IMG/VR virus record: IMGVR_UViG_3300035670_000097
Location: 1 to 64,000 of that record
DNA from: an uncultured virus (IMG/VR IMGVR_UViG_3300035670_000097)
Lineage: Duplodnaviria > Heunggongvirae > Uroviricota > Caudoviricetes
Strand: one strand, 5' to 3'
Length of the DNA stretch: 64,000 nt
In this document: positions 10,295 through 20,319 of the stretch, piece by piece
How the letters are laid out: each line of letters opens with the position of its first letter
Position numbering within the stretch: the first letter of the stretch is position 1
Translations under genes and position numbers: made by a program
The notes under the pieces: model-generated
The model's input: only the letters and a program-made list of their open reading frames with translations
What the model was told of the DNA's origin: nothing
Database searches by the model: none

Positions 10295-10727
10295 TTAAAA
10301 ATACCGGTTTTTCCATCGTTAGCCAATCTTCACTGAGCATAGTATAGCACAATAGGCTATTGATGTAAAGATAATTATTTACGTTACTTGGTTTTTGCCG
10401 AGTCGCTACAAAGATTTTGGAACGATTATACTTAAAAAATAACAAAGGTTCTTGCTTTTGATTTTCTGCTTGTAATACTATCTTCTCCCACCAGCGTATT
10501 AAATTATTACTTTTATTAGTAAGAATTTTATCAGTCAAAGCTGATTCTTCATAAAATTTAACTTCTATACAGAAACAGTTATTACGATTGGGAACATACA
10601 AATCACCTTTTAAGTATGAAAGAGCTCCTGACGAAGGAACTCTTTCAAAAGGCAGCCCAGTATGATTTCGCAATAAATCTCTAACTAAATATTCTCCTCT
10701 ATTACCTTTATCTCTCGAATCTACCAT
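10284..10727 (-). CDS. PD-(D/E)XK endonuclease / Holliday junction resolvase (T5 D14-like)
   Basis: SRDKGNRGE, RVPSSGA, GDL and IEVK motifs; T5-like synteny. Confidence 0.8.
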   Translation of the reverse strand: MVDSRDKGNRGEYLVRDLLRNHTGLPFERVPSSGALSYLKGDLYVPNRNNCFCIEVKFYEESALTDKILTNKSNNLIRWWEKIVLQAENQKQEPLLFFKYNRSKIFVATRQKPSNVNNYLYINSLLCYTMLSEDWLTMEKPVFLNGN

Positions 10728-10731
10728 GCTA

Positions 10732-12540
10732 TTAGTTTTCTAAGAACGAAATATTGTTCTTCTTGATGACATCCACTTTATTTAATAGTGGGTGCGTCCA
10801 TCCGTGTGATACCAAATAAGTGTTTAAATCTTCTTCTTTAATTAGAACCTCTACTAACTTTTCTCGCCCTTGTTCGTCCAGTACATTGATAACTTCGTCT
10901 AAAAACAAAATATTTATTTTTGTCTTCGAAATACTACTCATCAACTTACGAATGGCTAGCAGAGTAGCAGTATTTACTCGAGCAAGCTCACCGCTAGACA
11001 AAGCTAAAATATCTACGACATTTCCGTTGTCTGTTATTTCTACATTTAGCTTATCATTGTTGACTACAAATTCGATTGTAAACCGTCCGTCAGCAAGCTC
11101 AGCTAGATAGCTATTTGTAATCTCTTCTAGTTCTTTTACAAGATTTTCGATCTTGTACGCTAGCAATCCATTGGTAGAAAATGCTTTTTTCAGTACTTCA
11201 AGATTACCTAACTTACTCGCAACTTTTTCCAGTTTTGTACAAGCTTTTTCTAGATCTTCTTTAAACTTATTAGTCTGTTCTGTAATAATCTGAATTCGAG
11301 TGTTATGTTTTTCTGCTTCTTGATTTTTAGCTGCAACTACTCGAATATTTTTATTTATACTTTCAATTTCTTCTGTAAGCTCATTCAGCCTCTTTGTAAG
11401 ATCGTCGGCATGTACAAACTCACTAGGAAGAGTCCTATCAACAGAACGAAGAAGATCTTCAAATTCTTTTTGTTTTCGTTGTTTTTCTTCGTACTTTTTA
11501 TTGTTAAGCTCAATACTAGCAATCTCTTTCTTAATAGCTTGAATTTTATTGTTCGCACTTTCTATGATTTCTTTGCTAGCATTTATAAGCTCTAGATTTT
11601 TGCTTTCATTAATATTTTGAGCACAAGTAGGGCAGACTCCATGTAAACTTTCCATTTTAGTAATTACTTTTTGAGCTGCACTAAGATTTGCTGTAGCTTG
11701 GCCTAGCTCTTTTTGTTGCTCTTGGGCATTTTTGATTTCATATGCATCAATTGAATTAATCTTATTAATATCAATTTTTGCAAGTAAATCTTTAACTTCG
11801 TTATTTCGCTTAATTCTTTTGTTCGTACTAGAAATATTATTTAATTCTAACTTTAGTTTTTCACTTTCGCTTTCTAACTCCTTTGGAACATCCGGCAAAG
11901 AAAGAGTCGGTAAAATCTCTACATCATTTTCTAGCTTATTTTTGTTAAGCCAGTTAGTAATTGTATCTATACTTCCTTCGAGTTGCGTAGCTTCTGTACT
12001 TAGCTCTTTTACTGCATTTTTGAATACATCAAAGTATGCTACATAATCCTCCAGCCCGAGAAGATCAATTAAAAACTTTTTACGAACAGTGTCTGTAGCT
12101 GTAAGAAACTGCAAGCTATTATTAGTGTTCTGATATACCAGTTGAGTAAAGGTTTTAAAATCAATTCCTAGAATTTCTTCTTGAATCGTTTTGAAAGTAT
12201 TTGTAGCCGTATGGCTTGAAATATCTTCTCCGTTCTTAACCAGCTTTACTTTGATGCTTGCGCCTTTTCTAGCAATATCAATAGAATAAATACTATCATC
12301 TTTAGTCAATTCTAAAAATATTTTATACTGATCTCCTGAATAACGATTTGGCAAATCTGCCTTTTTAATACCTTTAGAGTTTTTATTGTATAAAGCTTCT
12401 TCAATAATAAGCGGAATTGACGACTTGCCTACTCCATTTGTACCTACGATTTGTGTTAGTGTATGTTCATCTAACTCTAATATGTTTTTTTCTCCGTAGG
12501 AGAAGCAGTTATCCCAAATTAACTTTTTTAGTGTAATCAT
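10732..12540 (-). CDS. SbcC/Rad50-like recombination ATPase (T5 D13-like)
   Basis: Walker A GTNGVGKSS, coiled coil with CPTC zinc hook, LSSGE signature and FLDE Walker B. Confidence 0.9.
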   Translation of the reverse strand: MITLKKLIWDNCFSYGEKNILELDEHTLTQIVGTNGVGKSSIPLIIEEALYNKNSKGIKKADLPNRYSGDQYKIFLELTKDDSIYSIDIARKGASIKVKLVKNGEDISSHTATNTFKTIQEEILGIDFKTFTQLVYQNTNNSLQFLTATDTVRKKFLIDLLGLEDYVAYFDVFKNAVKELSTEATQLEGSIDTITNWLNKNKLENDVEILPTLSLPDVPKELESESEKLKLELNNISSTNKRIKRNNEVKDLLAKIDINKINSIDAYEIKNAQEQQKELGQATANLSAAQKVITKMESLHGVCPTCAQNINESKNLELINASKEIIESANNKIQAIKKEIASIELNNKKYEEKQRKQKEFEDLLRSVDRTLPSEFVHADDLTKRLNELTEEIESINKNIRVVAAKNQEAEKHNTRIQIITEQTNKFKEDLEKACTKLEKVASKLGNLEVLKKAFSTNGLLAYKIENLVKELEEITNSYLAELADGRFTIEFVVNNDKLNVEITDNGNVVDILALSSGELARVNTATLLAIRKLMSSISKTKINILFLDEVINVLDEQGREKLVEVLIKEEDLNTYLVSHGWTHPLLNKVDVIKKNNISFLEN

Positions 12541-13462
12541 TAAAAACGCTCACAATGCTGGCTATGTTATCTGAAGGAATTTCTAAAATATAGGATAAAT
12601 ACTCTACTAGCTCTTCCTCAACACTCATATTTTTATTTAGATATAGCGATGTTTCTCGCTGTCGTTTTACTACTTTTTTATCTAATAGTTCGGTAGCTTT
12701 AACAGAAGAGAGCTGAGACAGATCTCCTTCCAGCTCATAAATCGTATGATCATATTCTGTAGAAACCATATCTTTAGGATTAGACACGGTAACTCGCAAT
12801 AATTGTGGCAATGAAAATCTTACCCAAGACCAGTCAAAGTCTTCTTCTATAATTAGCGCCCCAGTTTCTACTTTACTTCTGTGAAAAGAAGTTGTCATGG
12901 GAGATCCTGGATAGACTATATTTTGCTGAGAGTTTGAATGAGAATGTAAATCTCCAGCAAATACAATTGGAAAGTCTGCTAATTTTTCTAAATCAATCTC
13001 TGGTTTTACATGAGGCGGAATCTCGCCACGAACATGAGTAAATAAAGGGAGACTTTTATCTATTTTACTTTCCCAGTCTTTCCCATGCAGTTCACAGTAT
13101 GGTAATATACTAAAAGTTTTATCACTGTAAATTTTATCAATAATTTTAACATTTGAATTGATAGCGCTTGTGACATTTTTTAAAGAGCTAAAAAAGGTTT
13201 TTCCTTTCTTTGTGGCTTCGTGATTGCCGTCATAAATGTAGGTAGGTACTGACACTCCTTTGATAAACTCAAAGTATAAATTTAACTCTTCTAGGGTCGG
13301 CAGCCTATCGAATAGGTCTCCTCCAATAATATGAAGATCTACTTCTTTTTCTAGTTCTGCTACTTGTCCGAAAAACTCTAAGTATCTTTTAATTGCCCAG
13401 GCAGTTGGAACATTTTTCTGCCCTAGTTTAATATGCCAATCGGCTGTAAATAATATTCTCAT
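12509..13462 (-). CDS. SbcD/Mre11-like nuclease (T5 D12-like)
   Basis: ADWH, GGDLFD, GNHE, GDLH and YPGSP motifs. Confidence 0.9.
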   Translation of the reverse strand: MRILFTADWHIKLGQKNVPTAWAIKRYLEFFGQVAELEKEVDLHIIGGDLFDRLPTLEELNLYFEFIKGVSVPTYIYDGNHEATKKGKTFFSSLKNVTSAINSNVKIIDKIYSDKTFSILPYCELHGKDWESKIDKSLPLFTHVRGEIPPHVKPEIDLEKLADFPIVFAGDLHSHSNSQQNIVYPGSPMTTSFHRSKVETGALIIEEDFDWSWVRFSLPQLLRVTVSNPKDMVSTEYDHTIYELEGDLSQLSSVKATELLDKKVVKRQRETSLYLNKNMSVEEELVEYLSYILEIPSDNIASIVSVFNDYTKKVNLG

Positions 13463-13515
13463 CTAAAGTGTTGTCCATAAAAGCTGGTTTTAATTTTATA
13501 ACCTTAATATTAGGC

Positions 13516-14181
13516 TTATTTAATCCACCTGCCTGGCTCAAAATAGTTAAACCATACGCTAACATCAGGCATTAAAACGACACTTTGTGTATTTTCACGA
13601 ATAGCAGTTAAAATGAACATGCCATCTCCAGCATGTTCTAATGGAAATTTATATTTTTTAGAGTTCAATAATTTTCCTGAAATTGTTATTTGCTCTAGCC
13701 CAATGGAGCCAATTTTCAGATTATCTACTGATGCTGTGAGTCTTGTTGGCGGGTGCCTTCTTCCCGCTTCCGCATCTGTTGGAATTGCATCCCCCCTATC
13801 CATAGACGTTATTATAATGTCAAAGTCAATGCCTTTGTCTTTTTTGATATGGTTTAAATTAGTAGTTATTTTTTTAAAATAATCTGGCTCAACTGCATCA
13901 TCGTCGTTTAAAAAACAATACATTTCACCATTATTAATTTCCATCGTATCTAATAGCCAGTTCATCGCAGCATTACATCTTTCCCAGAAATACATATGTT
14001 TGTTATTTTTCATAATATAATGATGAATCCAGTTTTTTTCGTACTTCTTGAATTCGTCATTATGTGGGAAGGTGTCATCAGTTACCACATGCCAGTTTAC
14101 ATTTTTTGGTTCAAGAATACTGATCATCTTTTCAATATTCTCGACTCTATTTAATGGAGTTATCACGTTATAAATCATCAT
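13516..14181 (-). CDS. Putative GT-A fold glycosyltransferase
   Basis: VITP N-terminus, FLNDDD motif and AGDG; lies inside the sugar island. Confidence 0.6.
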   Translation of the reverse strand: MMIYNVITPLNRVENIEKMISILEPKNVNWHVVTDDTFPHNDEFKKYEKNWIHHYIMKNNKHMYFWERCNAAMNWLLDTMEINNGEMYCFLNDDDAVEPDYFKKITTNLNHIKKDKGIDFDIIITSMDRGDAIPTDAEAGRRHPPTRLTASVDNLKIGSIGLEQITISGKLLNSKKYKFPLEHAGDGMFILTAIRENTQSVVLMPDVSVWFNYFEPGRWIK

Positions 14182-14189
14182 TCCACTCT

Positions 14190-14831
14190 CTATATAAATA
14201 AATAATTATACCAAAGCTTATGTTCTGGACCATCGCTTCTCATTTTGTTTATTGTTTCGTTGTCAACCACGCCAGGGTTGACCCACCAGTCCTCAAAATA
14301 AATTCCTGGGGCTTCTTCTATATTTGACACAAGAAGGGTGTATCCTTTACTTTGTAAGAATTCTCTACTTTTTTCTCTATACTCTGGACCACAGATGTAG
14401 CAATCATGCTCATAAGTTATAACTGCAAATTTATGTGTGTCGAAAGGTAGATTATATAATGCATTTAATGTTGCATCTCCATCTAAGTCAAGACTAACAT
14501 AATCGATAAGAGTTTCAGCTATTCCTCCGCGAACCAACAGATCTGCATAATTTACTTTTGTTCCGTCAACAAATTCTATGTGATGACTTCTATTGTTTTT
14601 ATGGTCATTAAAAAATCCTGGGTTAAGTTCAACTGCAACCCCTTTCCAATCAAATTGTTTTTCAAGAATATATGTATTACTAGTAATCTTGTAGGGGCCT
14701 GCACCAATTTCAATGTATGTGCCGTTTCTTTTGCCCTTTAACACAGAAAGAACGAAAAGATCTTGTCCTGCCTGAGAGCAGTTTTCTAAAACCAACTCTG
14801 AATTATAAAAAGGAAATTTTAGGTTATTCAT
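14190..14831 (-). CDS. FkbM-like SAM-dependent methyltransferase
   Basis: SQAGQD, YIEIGAG, SNTY.LE...W.G, IDYVSLD, ITYEHD and FEDWWV motifs. Confidence 0.8.
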   Translation of the reverse strand: MNNLKFPFYNSELVLENCSQAGQDLFVLSVLKGKRNGTYIEIGAGPYKITSNTYILEKQFDWKGVAVELNPGFFNDHKNNRSHHIEFVDGTKVNYADLLVRGGIAETLIDYVSLDLDGDATLNALYNLPFDTHKFAVITYEHDCYICGPEYREKSREFLQSKGYTLLVSNIEEAPGIYFEDWWVNPGVVDNETINKMRSDGPEHKLWYNYLFI

Positions 14832-14839
14832 ATATTTTC

Positions 14840-15823
14840 TTAATTTGATAAAATTTTTTCAATAGCAAAGCTCCAGTCTTTTATAAAGCTTTGTCTACTA
14901 TATTTTTCATATAATGGCTTTAGTGGGTCAAATCCATTTTGTATTATTTCTTTCAATGTGTGAGGCTCATTAATTATTACACTAGGGCTACACTCAAAAA
15001 AATCTTTAAAGTAATTACTTCTTGTTACTGCAATTGGCCTTTTTGCCGCTAGTGCATATTCTGTTGAACTCGCCAAAGCTGAGTCTTGAATACTGTCACA
15101 AAAATAACAATTAATAGTATTTTGACTTAACCAATTTACCATGTCTTGTGGCTCTAGTAAATCATGGCTGTATTCAACACTAATGCCGGGCTTTTTTATG
15201 ATGCTTTCGATCTCGCGTTTTCTTTGTGCAGTTTCTTGCCCGTATCTATCTAAGAACCAACTCTGTGGCATATGCAATCTAAAAACACATTCATCAAACT
15301 CTCTATTGATTGTGTCCGCCAACTTTGCAATACCCTTATACGGTAAAGCAAATCCGTGAAATCCAATTATTGGAAGGTCACTTTTAACGTGTGGTACTGT
15401 AGGCTCTGGCGCTAATAGTCTAGTAGAAATAAAAACTCTTTCATTTCCTACTAAAGCTGGGTTACAAACAAGATAATATTGAAACCCTCCATTATGCAGC
15501 TCTGGAGAAAAGTTGTTAATTATGTTTTGATTTGCGCACGTATCTACACAGATATTAACATGCTTTATTTGTGGAAAAATGTGCTTTATGACCGGATTTT
15601 CCATCCAACCACTAGCGATTCTATTCCACATATAAAACACAATTTTTGGAGAAAGCTCACTAATTTTGTTAATAGTTTCTTCTAAAGAATCTGTGTACAA
15701 GACATTAAAGTCACAATTTGGCAAATCTATCAATGCACTTGCCCAGTGTTTTCCATATAAGCCAACACCACATGCTTCCTTTTCGCCAAGGGTTGGTGTA
15801 ACCATTAATACTCGTGGTTTCAT
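14840..15823 (-). CDS. Putative GT-B fold glycosyltransferase
   Basis: CGVGLYG N-terminus, GFALPYKG and ALAAKRPIAV; lies inside the sugar island. Confidence 0.6.
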   Translation of the reverse strand: MKPRVLMVTPTLGEKEACGVGLYGKHWASALIDLPNCDFNVLYTDSLEETINKISELSPKIVFYMWNRIASGWMENPVIKHIFPQIKHVNICVDTCANQNIINNFSPELHNGGFQYYLVCNPALVGNERVFISTRLLAPEPTVPHVKSDLPIIGFHGFALPYKGIAKLADTINREFDECVFRLHMPQSWFLDRYGQETAQRKREIESIIKKPGISVEYSHDLLEPQDMVNWLSQNTINCYFCDSIQDSALASSTEYALAAKRPIAVTRSNYFKDFFECSPSVIINEPHTLKEIIQNGFDPLKPLYEKYSRQSFIKDWSFAIEKILSN

Positions 15824-15824
15824 G

Positions 15825-17054
15825 TTACCCTCCTATAATTTCAAACCTAGGGCAAGGAACAACGAGTTTTCCACCATTACGCAAAAAGTTATTTTCTCTT
15901 TGAACAAAATCATCAATGAAATGCCAAGGTAATACTAGTAGATAATCTGGGTTGGCTGCGCGCATTTCTTCTTCGCTTACTATAGGAATGTTCGTTCCGA
16001 TAGTAAGCAACCCAAATTTATAAGGGCTTCGCTCGGCAATCGCTGGAAGAAGATCTGAGGTAATTCCAAATAGCTGCAAAAGAGTGTTTCCTTTTGTGCT
16101 TGCTCCATAGCCATACACAACTTTGTTATCTTGTTTAGCTTGTTCTAAGAATGATATTACCTTTTCTTTTAAATCAAAAATATTTTCGCCAAATTTTTTC
16201 CAAAGATCAAGATTACGAATATTCCAATCTTTTAATTCATACTCTAATAGTGAAGCAACTCTGAACTCACAAACATCTCGAACTTGTTTTGTTGCAAAAG
16301 ACTTTTCATTGCTTATTGCTTTCTGAAAATAAACTCTGAAGCTCCCGCCATTGGTATCATTCAGGCTACAGTCCCTGAGAACAAATCCATGCTTCTCAAA
16401 TAAAGATTTGATACTTGTTAGGTCGTAATAATAAACATGCTCATGGCAGATGTTATCAAATGCAAGCTGTTTTAGCATCAATGGTGTATAGCTCATTTGA
16501 GCTACAAATACCCCATCATCTTCAAGAATATCATAAACATCTTCAATAAACTTGTGAGGATTTTCTAAGTCGTAGAACATCGCAATACAAGTTATCACTT
16601 TTGTTTTCTTGTTTGCTATGTTATAATAGGTTTCTTTTGAAAAAAAGTCTTGTTTGACAGTTGCGTACCTGCTGCTCTCAGTAAAGTAGCTGTCGTCTGC
16701 CGGGTCAATTCCAAATTTTTGAATTTCTTTTGGGATAAACTGAAACATTGTTCCGTCATTGCAGGCAATATCTAACCACGCATCATTTGGTTTCAATTTA
16801 ACTCTGTCGCAAATTTCAGCGACTATATTTTTTAATTGCATTACCATGCTGTCATTAATTCCAGAGCGATACCAATACTGACCATACATTTTATCTAGAG
16901 GCGCAACGCCGTCGAGTCGAACCGCGCCTATAGCTTCATCTAAATATAGGTCTAGGCTCCAGGGCTTAGTTTCCCTCATTTGTTGCTCTGGTTTCAAAAA
17001 ATCGCTAACGTAATGATCTCCAAGTTCTAGTACTTTCTTCATATTGCCCTTCAT
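15825..17054 (-). CDS. NDP-hexose C-methyltransferase-like protein
   Basis: YWYRSG, LDIACNDG, FDNICHEHVYYY, NGGS, GYGASTKGNTLL and LVLPWHF motifs. Confidence 0.85.
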   Translation of the reverse strand: MKGNMKKVLELGDHYVSDFLKPEQQMRETKPWSLDLYLDEAIGAVRLDGVAPLDKMYGQYWYRSGINDSMVMQLKNIVAEICDRVKLKPNDAWLDIACNDGTMFQFIPKEIQKFGIDPADDSYFTESSRYATVKQDFFSKETYYNIANKKTKVITCIAMFYDLENPHKFIEDVYDILEDDGVFVAQMSYTPLMLKQLAFDNICHEHVYYYDLTSIKSLFEKHGFVLRDCSLNDTNGGSFRVYFQKAISNEKSFATKQVRDVCEFRVASLLEYELKDWNIRNLDLWKKFGENIFDLKEKVISFLEQAKQDNKVVYGYGASTKGNTLLQLFGITSDLLPAIAERSPYKFGLLTIGTNIPIVSEEEMRAANPDYLLVLPWHFIDDFVQRENNFLRNGGKLVVPCPRFEIIGG

Positions 17055-18109
17055 TGATTACAGTTATTAAATTCAAATACTGCTAGTTTTAGGTCGTTGT
17101 TTATCATGTCTTCAACTAGCCCTTCAAATGTATAGTCTGGTTGCCACCCCAGTTCTTTTCTTGCTAATGAACTATCGCCAAATAAAAGGTCTACCTCTGA
17201 TGTATTTGCTGGCGCAGGTCGATAGAACGTTTTGTTTATTGTTACGATCTTTCTGTTGCTCAAAATATCAACACCGACTTCGTCCACGCCAGATCCGTTC
17301 CATTCAATTCTCATTCCTAATAATTTTGCAGATATCTCAATAAATTCACGAACAGAATGAGTTTCGTTCATGCTGATGACATAATCTTTAGGCGCATCTT
17401 TTTGTAAAATTAACCACATCGCCTTAACGTAGTCTTTAGCATGGCCCCAATCTCTTTTTGAATCAATGTTTCCTAACTCAAGAGCGGGGTACGATGGATC
17501 TACTTTCATTCTTGTTAAATGTCTAGATATTTTTCTTGTAACAAAAGCTTCTCCTCTTCTTGGGCTCTCATGATTAAATAATATTCCAGAACAAGCAAAA
17601 AGATCATAGCTTTCTCTATAATTTACCGTTATCCAGTGTGCAAATAGTTTGCTGCATCCATATGGCGATCTTGGGTAAAAGGGTGTAGTTTCTTTTTGAG
17701 GACTTTCTATAGCTCTACCAAAAAGTTCGCTAGTAGATGCCTGATAAAATTTAATTTCTTTGGTTGATTTTAAATTTCTAATTACGTCTAAAATTCTTAG
17801 AGTTCCGAGAGCATCAACATCTGCGGTATACTCGGGGAGATCAAAGCTAACAGCAACGTGGCTTTGTGCTGCTAAATTATAAATTTCATCTGGTTTAGTT
17901 TTTTCAATAATATTTCTAATATTAGTTGAGTCGGTTAAATCTCCATAATGAACTGTTATCTTATCTTTTATCTTGTTGAGATTCGGGTGGTCAATATAAC
18001 TACTGTTTCGCCTAATTAACCCCTCAACTTTGTAGTCTTTATCGATTAAAAATTCAGCTAAGTAGCTGCCGTCCTGGCCTGATATTCCAGTAATAAGTGC
18101 TTTTTTCAT
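17051..18109 (-). CDS. gmd: GDP-mannose 4,6-dehydratase
   Basis: ALITGISGQDGSYLAE, NLAAQSHV, QASTSELFG, PRSPYGCSK, FNHESPRRG and RDWGHAKDY motifs. Confidence 0.95.
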   Translation of the reverse strand: MKKALITGISGQDGSYLAEFLIDKDYKVEGLIRRNSSYIDHPNLNKIKDKITVHYGDLTDSTNIRNIIEKTKPDEIYNLAAQSHVAVSFDLPEYTADVDALGTLRILDVIRNLKSTKEIKFYQASTSELFGRAIESPQKETTPFYPRSPYGCSKLFAHWITVNYRESYDLFACSGILFNHESPRRGEAFVTRKISRHLTRMKVDPSYPALELGNIDSKRDWGHAKDYVKAMWLILQKDAPKDYVISMNETHSVREFIEISAKLLGMRIEWNGSGVDEVGVDILSNRKIVTINKTFYRPAPANTSEVDLLFGDSSLARKELGWQPDYTFEGLVEDMINNDLKLAVFEFNNCNQ

Positions 18110-18146
18110 TGTCGACTATCCATATTATTTAACAAAAATTGAACTT

Positions 18147-18887
18147 TTAGTCAATAACTTTTACACCGTTAGGGGCGATGCATCCTTCTATTCCTACCTC
18201 TGAAAGTTCAATCAATTTATCCGCCGGTATAAACTTACTCATAGAGTGCTCGTTATCTATGTAGCCCCCAGAATTAATTGTTTTTAACATATTATTTATA
18301 ATTGTTTTATACAGCTCCGCGGTTTCTGGGAGTAATGTACTATCAAAACACCATAAGCGAGTTTGTAGCTGGCTGGTTACCCCGGTTATTTGGAAAGGAA
18401 TCCAACTAGGTTGTCTAGTTTTAAATATATATTTTTTTTCTGTGCTGGGGTTATCAAAATTATTTATTATAAATTTACTTGTAAGTTTATACCTTCCACT
18501 AATTTTAAATACTCTAGAACTATTTGCAACTATCGAATGTAAATTTTTATTATTAATTAAAGCATATAAAGCATTAAAAATACCTATAGCTTCCATCATA
18601 TTCTTACCTACGTCATAATTCTGAACGCTATCATGAAAATATTTTATGTTAGCATCATTGCTATTATCTATATAATAGTCAACAGAGTTTAAAAGCGTAG
18701 ACAAGGCAGAGCTATTATCAGCATGTATATCAGTTTTACTATTATCTACTAAAACAATCACACTACCTGGGATAGAAGTTTTTATGCTTCTAATTGTGTC
18801 TATTGTTTGTAGTATACGCTCTTTGGGCGAGTAGATGCCATAGTTGGTATATATAGCAGAGGTAACTAAAACCACATACTTTTTCAT
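18147..18887 (-). CDS. Hypothetical protein of the sugar island (possibly glycosyltransferase-like)
   Basis: LVTSAI, ERILQT and FKISGRY motifs; start refined to MKKYVV. Confidence 0.45.
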   Translation of the reverse strand: MKKYVVLVTSAIYTNYGIYSPKERILQTIDTIRSIKTSIPGSVIVLVDNSKTDIHADNSSALSTLLNSVDYYIDNSNDANIKYFHDSVQNYDVGKNMMEAIGIFNALYALINNKNLHSIVANSSRVFKISGRYKLTSKFIINNFDNPSTEKKYIFKTRQPSWIPFQITGVTSQLQTRLWCFDSTLLPETAELYKTIINNMLKTINSGGYIDNEHSMSKFIPADKLIELSEVGIEGCIAPNGVKVID

Positions 18888-18921
18888 ACTAAAACACTGA
18901 TTAATATCTTTATTTTCTTTT

Positions 18922-19950
18922 TCAACAACGTAACCAGCGCTCATTATTTAGTGTCCACTCAACAACTTCATTAATTCGTTCTTTTAAACTAATACGAGGT
19001 TCCCAGCCCAGCCTTCGCATATAATCTCCACTAAGAGAATAGCGTAGATCATGCCCAGGTCGAGAGCTGTGAAAGTCTACCATTTCATATTTAAGAGGCT
19101 TGCCTTGTGCGTCTGCAATAAGCTGGGCGAGCTGTAGATTGTTAATCTCTTCTTTACCTACTAAGTTAAACTTAGGGCACTTTGCTCCGCCGCAGTCTGC
19201 TTCAAATACTTTAGTTTTAGTACTTAGTAAAAAGTACAGCGCATCGGCAACATCAGCTGCATGAATGTAATGCCTGCTTCCAGGAATTGTTTTAGTTGAA
19301 TCGCTGTGAATAGTTACTTTTTCGCCATCGTTAACTTTTCGTATACACATAGGAATATACTTTTCAGGATGTTGGCGCTGCCCAAATACATTCATTGTAT
19401 GTGTAATATAAATTGGCAATTTGTAAGTATTCTCAAAGGCTACTGCTAACTCTTCCCCACCAGCTTTTGTCGCAGAGTAAGGATTTGAGCTGTTGTATCT
19501 ATCTCGTTCTCCGTAATTAATTCCGTTAGGAGCGGGGCCAAAAACTTCATCAGTAGAAAAGTAAACAAATCGTTCTAGATTTGCTACTTTGCGCGCATAC
19601 TGCAAAATATGCCCAGTGCCTACAACGTTATCAAAAACAAATTCCATAGGAGCTTCAATGCTTCTATCGACATGACTACCCGCGGCTAAATGTAAAATAT
19701 AGTCAACTTTTCCTAGATCTTTCTCGAGCATAGGATTAATTTCTGCTCTGAGATCGTGAAATATTACTTTAACTCTTTTGCGAATATTAGGCTCAAATTC
19801 AGCCACCATATCAGAGAGTCTATTTAGATTACCAGAAAAATCCAGCCGATCTAAGCTAACAATATTCCAATCAGTATTTTTTAAAAGATAATAAATTACA
19901 TGATGCGCTACAAAACCCGCGCCTCCTGTAACTAAAACAGTTTTTGACAT
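18922..19950 (-). CDS. dTDP/UDP-glucose 4,6-dehydratase (RmlB-like)
   Basis: VLVTGGAGF, HLAAGSHVDRSI, STDEVFG, YSATK, HPEKYIP and RPGHDLRY motifs. Confidence 0.85.
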   Translation of the reverse strand: MSKTVLVTGGAGFVAHHVIYYLLKNTDWNIVSLDRLDFSGNLNRLSDMVAEFEPNIRKRVKVIFHDLRAEINPMLEKDLGKVDYILHLAAGSHVDRSIEAPMEFVFDNVVGTGHILQYARKVANLERFVYFSTDEVFGPAPNGINYGERDRYNSSNPYSATKAGGEELAVAFENTYKLPIYITHTMNVFGQRQHPEKYIPMCIRKVNDGEKVTIHSDSTKTIPGSRHYIHAADVADALYFLLSTKTKVFEADCGGAKCPKFNLVGKEEINNLQLAQLIADAQGKPLKYEMVDFHSSRPGHDLRYSLSGDYMRRLGWEPRISLKERINEVVEWTLNNERWLRC

Positions 19951-19968
19951 GCACTCGCTCCGAGTCTA

Positions 19969-20319
19969 TTATACTTTTTTAACGTACAATTTAAGGTTAT
20001 TTTCTTTTGCAAGCTCTATTAAATGAGCTGTTCCTTTGCTTTTTCCGTCCCATACTACGATGACAGCTTCGGCTTTTTTTAAAATCTCTGAGTATCTTTC
20101 TTTTCCGGAAATCTTGTCATACTCAATTTCTTCGTTCCAAAAAGGAACGACGAGGTCACAGGGAATTCGATTCAAATTTGCATATGATACTGCAAATTCG
20201 TCGGCTCCCTGAGCCCCGCCAGAAATGATTTTTGTAACAGCCCACGGGGCTTCAGCAATCGCTGAAGCCACATGAGAGTAGCGATTAATCGTTCGTGATC
20301 CCGCTACAACTGTTCTCAT
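19969..20319 (-). CDS. SLOG/YspA-like (DUF2493-like) protein
   Basis: VAGSR, ISGGAQGAD and WDGKSKGT motifs. Confidence 0.75.
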   Translation of the reverse strand: MRTVVAGSRTINRYSHVASAIAEAPWAVTKIISGGAQGADEFAVSYANLNRIPCDLVVPFWNEEIEYDKISGKERYSEILKKAEAVIVVWDGKSKGTAHLIELAKENNLKLYVKKV

